The notes beneath the pieces are model-generated. The model made no database searches and was not told where the DNA came from. It saw only the letters and a list, made by a program, of their open reading frames with translations. A DNA stretch of 63,464 nt, filler included, from Cercozoa sp. M6MM (Eukaryota; Protista; Endomyxa: Ascetosporea), in the NCBI GenBank assembly GCA_040357565.1. It is 8 parts of 8 records of this genome, joined end to end, with 100 filler letters (N's around TTAATTAATTAA, not from the genome) between each part and the next. Parts side by side here need not be neighbours in the genome. Positions count along the whole stretch, not along the records: positions 1 to 29,511 come from JBDODJ010000134.1; positions 29,612 to 35,212 come from JBDODJ010000877.1; positions 35,313 to 39,124 come from JBDODJ010001302.1; 5 more parts are not named here. The stretch is one strand, 5' to 3'. The position numbers and the translations under genes are program-made. Shown piece by piece: positions 25,716 through 37,429 of this stretch. Numbering within the stretch: the stretch's first letter is position 1; every line of letters begins with the position of its first letter.

Positions 25716-27311
25716 TCAGACAAGATGCACATCCCGGCTCGGCTCTGGTGGCGACGCAGACCCAGAGTCACAGTCTGAGTCAACATCATCGACACCGGCG
25801 CACTTGCGACGGCAACGAGAAGTGTGCCAAACGATCGTTGAGGCCAAAGCACCACTGACAAAGCCGATCGACACCAGCAGCTGAAAGTTGGTAAACAAGG
25901 ACCGCGGTAGTGTGATAAACACGACAAGGAATGGCAGGACGTACAACACCAAAGATATTGACGATGTGCACATCAAACTCCTCGTAAGAACTCAACACGC
26001 GTTGCTTCCACTTGGTGTTGAACGTCACAGCATTGTTCGTCGATGCTTGCAAACGCATCTTGACGATGTAATCCGCGTCGGAGCGAAGTGCCACAGTGAA
26101 AGTGCGCTTTGTCTCGGCTGGCTCTCGCTTGATTGTCTGACAAAAGAAGCGCATAAATAAAAATAAGACACGAAACAGATGCAATGGTAGAGTTACATTT
26201 CCACTGAGGAGTTGTCCCTTCATGTTGTAGCTTTCGATTCGAGCCGAGTCGTATGCTTGGTGCCAGTCCCACGAGACTGCTGCGACGAGTGTAGTTGCTT
26301 CCGAGTCTGCCGTTTCTTCCGCTGGCGAGTCGGACTCGATCCAATCCACTGAGAAGTCAGGTGTCTCGTAGGCTGCCTCTGAACGATACTTGTGACTCGC
26401 GTAGTCCATCACGATTTCGCCTTCACCAACTTCATTGTCGGCAGTCACGTAGATGTAATAGTCATTCTCGTCTTTCTCTGGGTACCTGTGAGCACTCACT
26501 CCAGTCCCTTCCCAGTGATAATTTAAGTAAAGGGTTAAAGCAAGTTACGGAAGTTCGGCGTACGTTTCATTTGGGAGAAAAGTGAGCACCTGTCTGCAAG
26601 CCGGAGCACAGAAAACAACATCACAAAAGACATGCACCAAATATAAGTAGCCTATGTATTACTGTGGTGTGACTGCAGTCCCCCACTTGACAGTGTATCC
26701 TTGGATCGGAAAGCCACCGTCTCTCAGAGGTGCCTTCCACGACACGAAAAAAGTGCCTGCGGTGTAGACCTCAACCTGCACGTCTCGGACCTCGCCAGCT
26801 CGGTGCCCAACCACAAGAGACTCTGTCACCGTGTCGGTGTGGTAATCCGGATTCTCATAGTTGTAGCAGTAGGCCTACACAGCAGCAAGTTTTGTACTTG
26901 TATTTATTGTATTTTCCCCGGTGGAACAAGTCCGGTCTGTAGTAGTACCGACATTTGACAGGTCTGAGCAGTGTGAACATCGCTGAATAATGCGAGGACG
27001 TCGGGGTAGTTGTCGGGAGTGACAACACGCGTCGTGAGACCTCCCGTCGGGCAGTCGAGTGCCAGCGTGCATGCATCCAGCGCGTTCGCGGGGTCGGCCC
27101 CTGGGGTCACACGCATCGTCACATCGGCCCTCCTGCAAAAACCGGTGCAGTAAATACTTTGCGGTGCAAGAAGAAAGTACAATAGACTTAGAGTGAATTA
27201 AGGGGACACAAAGACACTACTGTACGTTTTCGAGGTCACATCGACTGCAGCGGCGAGCTTGGGCGCTGCCAGCACGGCCGACAGCGACGATAGAAACAGC
27301 CACAACAACAT
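25716..27311 (-). CDS. Type I membrane protein of unknown function
   Basis: Signal peptide MLLWLFLSSLSAVLA, Cys-containing N-domain, beta-rich ectodomain, TM LLVSIGFVSGALASTIVW, then a basic stop-transfer segment and short acidic tail. Confidence 0.65.
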
Positions 27312-27808
27312 TGAATGGCGCCCCGACGACTTGCCGAACTCCCTGTGACTTGGAAGAGAAGAAATCGGGGTTGCAAACACACTGCCAAAAGTGCAGTCTT
27401 GCGCCGTCGTCCAACGTACCCCAGTCAAGACACCTGGGTAGACTCAGAAGAAACTCCGCACAAACGCACCTCTTCATAGTGCTCAAGGTGGCACTGCAAC
27501 GAGGGAACAACGATCACGATTCACGGTAGCCGGATGATGCAAAAGGTACCACACTCTTGCCGCTTCAATGACTGGGGAATGCAAGAATACTGACGGTGAC
27601 TTGAGACATCACGTGTGTCACGCGAGCAGACTCAAAGCTAACCTTGTGCCGTTGTGCATCTGCACAAGAGTGCTAGCACACGCACACGTCTGTTTGCGCA
27701 GGGTTCTGGGTGAATTTTTGGACACCTGACTTTTGTCCTGGCGTGTCAAAAGACGTGTGTCGTCGTGTGCTGTCATTCGACTCTCATTGGCGGCTTTTTG
27801 CACCAACG

Positions 27809-29511
27809 ATGGCGATCGCTCTGGCCGTGGCAGCGCAGGCCGATCCGTACTCCTTCTCGTACCGACGCAGAAAGAAGGTGCACATCGCTTTGTGACTGTT
27901 GACTGTTGGTATTCAGAAATTGTACACGTGGCCCACAGACACGAAGGAAGAATAAAAACCGACGCAAACGCAAGCGCAATCAATCATGTTGCCAGCGCGT
28001 GCGACACAGGCTGCGACGCGGCTTTGAGGTGCTTCTTTGATATTGCGTGTATTTTCTTTTTTTGTATTTGTCAGTGAGTGTAGTACATTTTGTCCTGCCT
28101 GCTTCTGCTGCTGAGTCCGGTGATTTTCTTGCTGCGACCGGTGTGGGTGCCTTTTGTAGCGCCTCGCAAGTGGCGTCAACTACAGGCTCGGTACTCTAAT
28201 CGACTCTCTAATGCGAACTGGTTCTTATCTGAACTGAATTTTCTGTATTTTTCGTATGTTTGTTTAACTGCAGGTGCGATCGATCCGACGCAGAGATTCG
28301 TCGCTTGCGTCGCCAGCTTGAGAGCAGAGTCAGTCTGCCGTCCAGTCAGACTGCCTGTGCTGTCCCTGGCCCGGTTTCTGGATCTGTGCCAGCTCCTGCG
28401 CCAGCCCCAGCACCCACTGGGGTCAGAGTCTCGGTGGCAGCACCGCCGCCTCCACATGCCGCCTTGTTCGCCAGTATTCGTGAGTCTGCCTCAGCACCGC
28501 GACCGCCCCCTGTTTCCTCGAGTATGATTTTCTGTTTTTTCTGTATTTTTCTATCAAACAAATGCACGAAACTCCGTGTTTTGCTGTAGTGCCCAAACCG
28601 CCAGCACGACCCGCTCTGAAACTTGATTTTGGCTCCGTTAAACTCCGCTCAGCTGGCGATCGTGCGCCATCTGCCAAGAAAAAGGTCAGTCAGTTGCTGA
28701 GAGCACCCCCTTAATATCAGTTGTTTTCTCAGGACGAGTCCTCGGGTGCCCCTGTGATCTCTTTGGCAGCTCTATCGAGCGTAAAACTCCGCAAGGTCGA
28801 CCGCAGTGCTCCTCGTATGCGATTTAACTCGACTTTGGCGGTTTACTCTTTAGTTTGTTTGGACTCAACAGCGGCAGAAAAGAAAGAAAGCGGTCCGCGC
28901 GGACTCGGCGGTTTCTCGGTGTCCGACATTCGCGGTGTGCGACTGCGCAAGGTGCAGAAGAAAGAAACGCTGCCGTCGGATGAGTCCAAAGAGGAGAGTG
29001 AGGAAGCTCCATGGGCCGATCGGCAGCAATACTGGCGTCGGCGGAATTCTGTAGTTTTACCCCCCCCCCTTTACCCCCCCTTTTTACCCCCCCCTTTTGT
29101 TTACCCCCCAGACACCTGCATCTCCGCTAAAATTTAAAAAGTCGAATTTCGGGAATTCTGCCGGCGCGTTCAATCCTGCTCAGGTGAGTGTTTACCCCCT
29201 ATTTACCCCCCTGTTTACCCCCCCTGTTTACCCCCTGCTTACCCCTTCTCTCTGTATACCCCTTTGCCCCCTGTTTACCCCCTATTTACCCCCCTATTTA
29301 CCCCCCTATTTACCCCCCCCCCCGAGTAGGCCTTGATGGTGCGACTGAGGGACTCGGGAATCCGTCGTTCGCCAGGTGGCACGCCGCTCGACAATGCCGA
29401 CAAAGGCAAAAGTACCTCCATGTTTACCCCCCTGTTTACCCCCCTGTTTACCCCCCTGTTTACCCCCCTGTTTACCCCCCTGTTTACCCCCCTGTTTACC
29501 CCCCCCCCCCC
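27809..29511 (+). CDS. PRR11/MTFR-like proline-rich protein with repeated VKLR motifs; 3'-truncated
   Basis: Coiled coil DAEIRRLRRQLE, a Pro-rich linker, repeats DFGSVKLRS / ALSSVKLRKV / DIRGVRLRKV, and LMVRLRDSGIRRSPGGTPLDN. Confidence 0.6.
29412..29511 (+). repeat. Near-perfect (TGTTTACCCCCC)n intronic array at a contig end
   Basis: Seven copies of a 12-bp unit ending in poly-C. Confidence 0.95.
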
Positions 29512-29611
29512 NNNNNNNNNNNNNNNNNNNNNNNNNNNNNNNNNNNNNNNNNNNNTTAATTAATTAANNNNNNNNNNNNNNNNNNNNNNNNNNNNNNNNN
29601 NNNNNNNNNNN
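29512..29611. other. Artificial contig spacer N44-TTAATTAATTAA-N44 (also 35213-35312, 39125-39224, 46152-46251, 52489-52588, 57095-57194, 59858-59957)
   Basis: Identical 100-bp linker carrying stops in all six frames; genes are truncated at the junctions. Confidence 0.98.
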
Positions 29612-29966
29612 GGGGGGGGGGGGTTGATGGAACAGTTTACCGTAGTCGCAGCTGAGACTGAGAGCACCGGTGATAGCGTCCTCAAATACGAAGGCGTTGC
29701 ACCGACCGTTGCCCACAGGCAAGCCCGAGTTCAACACGCAGCCCTCGATGTGAGAACTGTGAGCATAGTTTTCGTTCCAAGCTTATGAGTAAAAATCTCC
29801 TCATATCGCGCTGCCGCGCTGCAATATAGACGTACCCAATCTGATCGAGCGTGGTTCCTGGCGCAAAAGCCAGCGAGTACTGCTGGCAGTACTGCTGGTA
29901 TTGCGCCGAGGCAGGCGTAGCGGCGGAGAACAAGCCGAGCGCGGCAGTTGCAAGCAACAGCTTCAT
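29612..29966 (-). CDS. Secreted protein, 5' fragment
   Basis: Signal peptide MKLLLATAALGLFSAATPASA|QYQQYCQQ, followed by a GT-AG intron; runs into the contig end. Confidence 0.6.
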
Positions 29967-30353
29967 CCTGTGTCGTTGGTCTTAAAGCTGTCGACGACTC
30001 CAAAAAGGCACTTTAGGTCAAGTGCCGAGTGCAAACGAAAAAGTGAAACTAGTGCAGCGGGGTGCCACGGAAAGCGGGAGGAAGAACAACGACTTACCAA
30101 GAGCTCAAGTGGCTGTCAGTGATCGATACGAAACAAGTCAGTTGATCGTTCCGGTTGATCGTAAAAATACTGTATCACGGCTCGGTACTATTTGTGTGAT
30201 GGTGTGCCGTTATGCTGCCAGACGGACGGTTTCTGAAGTATCGACACACTGCAAAATAGTATTCTTTTTAACCAATTTTTACATCAAATTAAAGCTAAAT
30301 TTGTGTCGACATTGGCGACAAGAGCAGCCTAAAATTGGCATCATGCAACGGCT

Positions 30354-31367
30354 CTAGTAGCGACGGCCGTGTCCGTAGCGCCCATGTCCGTGTCCGTAGC
30401 GGCCGTGTCCGTGTCCGTAGCCACCGTAGCCTGAAGATACAACCATTGTACTGGTGTCCCTTGAAACTCGACTAATGTTGGGCAAATTAGAGAAGTAGCA
30501 AGCGAACACACCACCGCCGTAGCCGCAATCGGACGACGATCCACACGACGATGAGTCGCCGCAGTAGCCTGTGAAAGTGACAGACCCTCGTGATTTTTTC
30601 AGGAAATCAGTTCAGTGTCAGGTATGCTGGGGTGGCACTGTAAATTACCTCCAGCACAGTTGTTGCCCCACCGACCTCCCCAGACACCGCCGAACCACGG
30701 ACGTGCAATGGTCGTCGTCGTGTACGTCACGGTGGGAGCGCAGTAGCCTCCCCAACCTGCGAGTGCGAATAACTGAAGCTCAGTTGATCATGAATGGCTG
30801 TACCGCAGTTGTTCCAGCCACCGTAGTTGCCGCAGTAGGTGTTACCCCAGCCTACTTTTCACAGACACGCCACATCACACTCACTGTGTCTAAACTGTCA
30901 GGGCAGAATCAAAATGTCGACGCATGCTCTCAAAATGTGTACCGCAGTTTCCACCCCAGCCGTAGCCGTATGCGGGGTAGGCCACGGTGCCGTAACCTAC
31001 AGTACAGTGCAGTGGTCTCTTACTCAGCCGGGCAGACGGGGAGAGAGAGAAGCGAGAGGGGGTACCCCAGCCGCCCCAGCCACCGCAGTTTCCGCCGTAG
31101 CCACCCCATCCTCCGCAGCCTGAGACGATTAACAAATATTTTTTCTCGATACAACAGTATAAACATGATTTAATAAATGGAATCTCTCTGCTACAAGATC
31201 GTACCTCCACGCTGAACGAGCTGTCCCTCTTGCATGTCAGGAGCAACCTCCTGCGGCATGGCAGAAGCTGCAAACACACAGCACACACCGCAATGTGCAG
31301 TCGAAGGGAAATAAGGAAATGAAATACCAGCCACGGCAGAAACCAAACAGATGGCAGCGATCTTCAT
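30354..31367 (-). CDS. Secreted Gly/Tyr/Trp/Cys/His-rich protein, 166 aa, 8 exons
   Basis: Exons 31367-31328, 31267-31205, 31119-31066, 30996-30943, 30851-30804, 30756-30649, 30568-30512 and 30430-30354 splice in frame (all GT-AG, phase 1) to MKIAAICLVSAVAASAMP...LVQRGGCGGWGGYGGNC...YGHGHGRYGHGHGRYGHGRRY*. Confidence 0.85.
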
Positions 31368-33066
31368 TTTGTAATCTGTCTTTGTGTGAGTGGAGTTGTG
31401 AAAACCCGAGAAACGAACTGCTCGTAGCAGTGAGAGAAAAACAAAGAAGAGTGGGGAGACGAGCAACCGACGCCACTATTTAGCTGCAACTGCCCGAAAC
31501 GAACCGAGCGCGCCACATGCCACGCAGCACGTCATCTCTTGGCGTGCAAATGACCTGCCGTTTTACTCTCTGCCGCAAGGTCTCGGTCTGCTGCCGAATC
31601 TGAAGTTTGTTTCACTTTGCTGCTGTTTCATCAAAAGCCACACCACAAGACTAGAATTTTGACACCCCAGTGGTTACAGTGTTCGGATCGACAAAGTCGC
31701 CGGGTAAATACTATGAGAAAGAATGATAGTGAACGAGAACAGTAATTCACTATGGGGCTAGCAGGTAGACAAACAGGCAAGCGGACAAAGCCAAGCGGAC
31801 CGTGCTCCTTCCAGATCGCGGCAGCCGCAGTGCAGCGAGTTGCGATACTTGTGCGCTTTGAGACCCGACAAAATCAGTCAGTGCGTTTGCAAGGCTTCAG
31901 TTGCCAGTGTTCCGATAACAAAAAGCACTACCTGCATTCGCGTCTTGATGACGTCATGTGGTGTGTTGCCAAAGGTAAGTTAAATCTAACTGAAAGCAAG
32001 CAAAAAGGAAGGAAGGAAGAAAGGAAGGAAGGAAGAAAGGAAGGAAGATAGGAAGCGGGTCTTGTTCCGAAGGCTTCAACCCCAAATCGACCTGGTGCAG
32101 CCTACTCTCGTCGTGTTTGACAATGGACACTCTCGTAAAAATCGTCGCTACGCTATGGGGCTACCATACGATCGTCGCTGGTCTACAGTAGGCCGGACTA
32201 AACTAGCCTCGTAGAACCATAAGCGCCGGTTACACGACACGACAGTCCAGGTACCCGCAAGGCGTGTTGCGTTGAAACGAAGTGATTGAAAGATTGAGTT
32301 CAGTAACTTTTGATCCGGGCCGAACGGAACGATACGGTAGACGAAGTGAGAAAGGAAGGGTATTATTTACTGTGGAAGTCTTCTCGATACTTCCGACTGT
32401 GCGGGTAATGAAGCGACTTCAAGACCAAAAACCAAAACGCCAAAGGGGGAGCAGCCAGCACTGTACTTGGTAGCTTTGGGGATTTTTTTGTTTTTTGTTG
32501 TGGTGAAGAGAAAATGTCGGTAGAGAAGCCGACCTGCGTGTGGTAGTAACTTGTAAAAAGGAGCGTGTACAAAAGCCAAAAGGAGCGTGTACAAAAGCCC
32601 ACAAGTAGATATGTTTGCACTGAACTCATTTTTTGTTGGCTTTTATTGTGACATCGACACAGCACGATACTTGTTTTCCACTAAGTAGTCAGTTTCTGCG
32701 AGTAGGTGATGAATTTCGTTCTTTTCTTCTCATTTGGGACTGACTTCGTTCAACAGAATTTGTTGGTGTATGAATTGGATGTTTCTAACAGGAGCAGCAT
32801 CTTTGCTGGTCACCGCGAAAGTGACTGCCAGCTGTGAGCGAAACTGGACCTGCCGACAAGAGAGCATGTGACACTACTCACACGCGCAAAACTCTGACTC
32901 GCTCTCGGGCAGCAAAAAAAAAAAAAAAAAAAAAACTGGCGTGGGGCGTTTCTTGACCCCACAAAGTGACTAGTGACCCTTTGTGCACAGCAAAGGCATT
33001 TTCGATGTATTTTTTTGATCATAAAGCGTCCGAAACCTCTAATTCTAGTTTATGATAATGCCGACA

Positions 33067-33989
33067 TTATTTGAAGTTGTATTGCCCTTGTCTGTGTTCG
33101 GAGGATTCTTGAGACCGAGAGTTCGAGCTATACGATGATTCGGCTGTGCCGAGTCCGAAAAGGGAAACTGAAGTGTTTTCACTGAGGCTCGTCTCAGCCG
33201 CCTGCACAGCATTGCCACGGAAATACAGCTCTAACCAAACCAACAAGAGAGGCGAAACAGGTGCTTAACTGACCTGTGCGTTGCATCGGTGGCTTGCTGT
33301 CCCGTTTTGCTGCTCTGATTGGTGCTGCTGTAAGTTTAGCTGTTCGAGTTGTCGCGCCTGTGGAGTTGGAGGTGACACATGTCCAGAAGTGGCAGAGTGA
33401 GAGACAGACGACGCCGCGAGTGTCAAGTTGCTCGCGCTGACGCTGCAACGGTCAGCGCCATCAATATCGTCATCCATGTCGTTGTTTTCGAGAGAGCCTT
33501 GGTGTCTACTACTGTTGAGCAACAGCAAGCCGCGCTTACCTTCTGTCAGTGTTTGTTTTGGTTCGAGGAAGCCTGAGAACCTGTCGTGGTTGGAAACGGA
33601 ACTGTCTTTCTGGGTGTCTTTTCTGAAACGTCCGCTCTCAGCAGCGCGCTTGAGCTCCAGCTCGGCGCATGCTCGGGCGATTTTCAGGCGTCGCTGTTTT
33701 ATCCTCTCGCGGTTCAGCGGGCGTTTTCGACGAGCGACGTGATTTCCCTTTGCGGCTTTGGGACCCCTTTGGCTGCTCATGATCAGGAGTGCACTCAACG
33801 GTGACTCAGTGCACGAGTCCAATCGATACGACTTGTTCCCAGCAGTAAAATACAGTACCTACTCAACGGCGGCTTCCTTGGTGTTGGTGATGGCCGCTCG
33901 GGCTCGGAATCCGATTCCTCCGCACACAACAGCGTCATAAGATGTCGTTGCCGCTGGGCAGCCTCACGGCGAGGACGGTGCGACATCAT
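33067..33989 (-). CDS. Hypothetical low-complexity, probably nuclear protein
   Basis: ORFs 33795..33989 and 33265..33822 splice together. NLS-like ARRKRPLNRERIKQRRLK; Ser/Gln-rich tail. Confidence 0.5.
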
Positions 33990-34282
33990 CGGCGCTCAAA
34001 GGCGAGGGAAGCTGGACACAGAAAACTCGGTCGCGAGACCATCCAGTCAAAATTTTAATAAAACTGTGACACCAAACCCAAAAATGTTTGCAGGTGTTCA
34101 AGTGCACCCTGTGTGCTAACTTGACTCGTTTTAGCGCTTATTGTGTCCAGGGATCTGATAGGGTCAATATGGCCAAAAACTGCTGACTAGTCACAAAGAG
34201 TCATGTATCTAGAGTGACTCAGAACCAGTATTTGGTAAAGTAAACACAGTTAGGCAAGTCGAGTGGCTCAGTTTCGCAGGCC

Positions 34283-35212
34283 GATCACAGGTCGGCGATC
34301 ACAGGTCGGCGAACAGACCGCGCAGCGAGGGCCGGCGTTTCTTGCCGCTGTGCACGCGCACACTGCGCGCACAACGCCACACGCACACGAGTCAAGTTTA
34401 CCCCCCCCCTACCCCCTTAAGAAGGTACCTGCGTGAGACACGGCGCCGCGGCGTCGACGGCGTCTGCAGAATCGACGTGTCCAGCGACTCGTTGATCCCG
34501 CAGTCAGCAGTGTCACCGTCAGCGTGACCGTCAGTGCGACCAACGAGATCAACACCGTCGTTGTCACCGACATCGTCCAAGTCATCCTCCAGCAGCTGAC
34601 GCAGTCGCCGCGTGTCCGCGCGGAACTCCATTGGCGTGCCGGCGTGCAGTCGCCAGCCTGACCAGGGGGGGGGGGGGAAAAAGGGGGGGGGGGGGGGGGG
34701 GGGGGGGGTAAACAGGGGGTAAACACGGGTAAACACGGGTAAGTAGGGGCAAACAAGGAGATAAGTAGGGGGTAAAGAGGAGGTAAGTAGGGGGTTAAAA
34801 GGGGGGGGGGGGGTAAGAGGGGGGTAAAAAGAGGGTAAAAAGAGGGTAAAATGGGGGTAAACAGAAGGGTAAACACGCACCCCACAGCAGTCGACGCACG
34901 TAGGAGGCAGCAGCCTGGGACTCGGCCAACAGCACCGCCAGACCACGTGACAGGTCGCTCTGTCGAATGGCCTGCTGCATCTCGCCGTGCTGCCGCTGTA
35001 CCTGCGGGGGGGGGGGGCGGGGCCACCACGGGGGGTAAAGAGGGGGGTAAAGCTTACACTGGCAGCAACTTCGTCGGAGAGTCGCGCCGCCACGCGCAGC
35101 GACGCGTTCACTTCGATGTGCATGCGCATCTACATTAGGGGGGGGGGTAAAGAGGGGGATAGGAAGGGGGGTAAAACTATACCTCCTTCCGCATCTGTCG
35201 CAGGTCTCTATC
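34283..35212 (-). CDS. Hypothetical protein, 3' part
   Basis: GC-rich exons (..EFRADTRRLRQLLEDDLDDV..LQTPSTPRRR..) separated by GT-AG repeat-filled introns. Confidence 0.5.
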
Positions 35213-35312
35213 NNNNNNNNNNNNNNNNNNNNNNNNNNNNNNNNNNNNNNNNNNNNTTAATTAATTAANNNNNNNNNNNNNNNNNNNNNNNNNNNNNNNN
35301 NNNNNNNNNNNN

Positions 35313-36574
35313 ATATATATATATATATATATATAATGTATGTCGATTTTTGTGTGTTGTGAAGGCGAACTTGGTGATCGATGTGGTGTGGTTCCGGCGG
35401 CGGCCGTCGCTGCAGCTGTGTGGTGCTGTGTCAGTGCTACTGGGCGGTGTGGTGCTCTGCGAGTGGAAGGGCCTCTCGGAGGGCGACTCGGCCAATGCGT
35501 TTGGCGCGGCGCTGATGCTGCTGGCGACGGTGTTTGACGCCTTGTTCTTCGCAGTGGTGGAGCAGAATCACAACGAGGCCCGGGTCACCAGTCAACATGT
35601 CAGTCCACCGCCCGCCCTGAGTGATTCGGATACTGACAACGACGAAGCGACGGTAGTGCTGCCGCATGTGACCGACCTGCCGACTGTATTCACTGTTCGT
35701 ATGATTTCTACCCTGTGTATGCACTGGTGTGTGCGCAGGAGAATGCTCCCGAGTTGTATCTCGAAGCACACACGCCTGTGGATGAGGAGGATGACGAGGA
35801 GATCGGCTACCTCACGATGATGGCTCTCACGGGCGTGTGCGTCACTGTGCTGGCGCCGGTGCTGATGCCGCTGCTGCATGTGACACGCATCGAGTCGCTA
35901 CAGCCGATTATTGCCCCCGACGAGGACACCGACATGACCAAGTTCTGGATCGGTCTGGCCGCCGATTGCAGTACATTGTCTTACTCTCTCTGGCCGTTCC
36001 CTGAGCTCCCCTTCTTGTGCTCAGCCTTCACGGCGCTGTTCACGGTGACGTTCGCTGCCAGCGTGCAGTATACGTCGGCCTTCCAGGCTATGGTGGGCCT
36101 AGCGCTGGTGGTGCCACTCTCGCTCGTTTACGAGGCGACGTTGGGACCTCTATTCGCCAGCAGTACCTTGCTTCGTTTTTGCTGTCTCTGTTGGGGCTCT
36201 TTGTAAGTTGTTTTCTGGTCACAGACGATCAGTTTGACTTTGGCGTCATGCGAATCGTCGGCTCGATTATTGGTGTGTCTTCGCTTTACTGACAAGTTAC
36301 TCTGTGTTTGTGTCACTATGTTTTGGTGTGCCTCGACAGTGTGTCTCGGCGTAGCAACGACTGCACGTCTGCAGCACCTCGCTGAAGTTGCCGAACTCGC
36401 CAAAAAGTCCGGTATGCTACCCTTCTTTTTTGGCATTCTTTCAGAAGGAATATGAGCGATGCTGTGGTTAAAGATCTGCCGGCACTGGACACAATCTCGA
36501 TCTGCGATCGCGATGCGTCTCCGCTGGCCTCGGTGTACACCGAGGAGAGCGTGCTTCTGGACGATCGGCAGTGA
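35313..36574 (+). CDS. EamA/DMT-superfamily transporter (SLC35F-like); 5'-truncated
   Basis: AVSVLLGGVVL, AFGAALMLLATVFDALFFAVVE, LMPLLHVTRIE, ASVQYTSAFQAMVGLALVVPLSLVYE, MRIVGSII; ends LLDDRQ*. Confidence 0.78.
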
Positions 36575-36730
36575 GTCGATGTGAGTACGCGGAAGCTGTT
36601 TGTTGCCAGTGGCATAGGGAAGGGAACGGAACGATTTACTAGGCAACGGAACGATTTTCTATTTGAAGTCGAAGAAGAGCTATCTCGGCTTCCTACGTAC
36701 ACTGTTTAACCGCACGCGTCAGTCCGTAGT

Positions 36731-37189
36731 TTACGGACTGCGGTCAGCAGCCGCAGCTTCGCGCTGCTTGGCGGCTTCATCAGCCTGCTTCAGCGTTAAA
36801 GCTTCCTGTAATTTGTGGACGACAGCGTTTCTCACATGCGCTGGGATGCGATTGGTAGCCTTCTCCAACACACTCGTCGAAATCTGTCAGCGAAGCCAGT
36901 CAGTTGACGTTCAGACCGGATACTACAGCGTGTAATTTCGAGTACCGAATCAACGGTGGCATGCATGAGTCCGTTCTCCTCGATTTCGGCGCGAATGTCA
37001 GCCCGCACACGGTCGTACCAACCTTCTTCTGTGAGCATCTCGCGCAGCATGTTCCGGATCTCTTCTCTCGTCTGTCACAGCTCAAACTCAAGAAACTGGA
37101 GAGCCTGAAAGTGAAAGCAAAACCTCTTCTGTATTCAGTTCCTGGAGCAAGCGCTGCCTTTCACGCTCCACTGACTCTTTGTCGTCCAT
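36731..37189 (-). CDS. ENY2: ENY2/Sus1-like SAGA/TREX-2 subunit
   Basis: REEIRNMLREMLTEEGWYDRVRADIRAEIEENGLMHATVDS...KATNRIPAHVRNAVVHKL matches the ENY2 pattern (L.E.GW.D...TV.....VP..VK). Confidence 0.75.
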
Positions 37190-37429
37190 CTAAGTTAGTG
37201 CTTGGCCTTCTTGAACGTTGCGCTGCCTCAAGCACCCTGGTTTGTTTTCCTTATTCGATTTTGCAAGAAAATACAAAAAAAAAAAACTAGCTCCAAATGT
37301 TGTTTTTCCTTCGATTTAGTCCCGAAACTACTAAACCAGCGCGCCGATTTTTCCCAGGGCAGCGACAGCATGTCAAAAACTTAAAACTACAGCGCTTTGC
37401 TGATGCTTCTGACCGCGATGGGCTCAAAA

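Noticed and set aside
29412-29511. Telomere at a contig end
   Set aside because: The array follows a GT donor inside a gene, the unit is not CCCTAA-type, and contigs simply break at such low-complexity introns.
29512-29611. Recurring TTAATTAATTAA palindrome as a biological repeat
   Set aside because: It is an artificial six-frame-stop linker inside N spacers; adjacency across it is not synteny.
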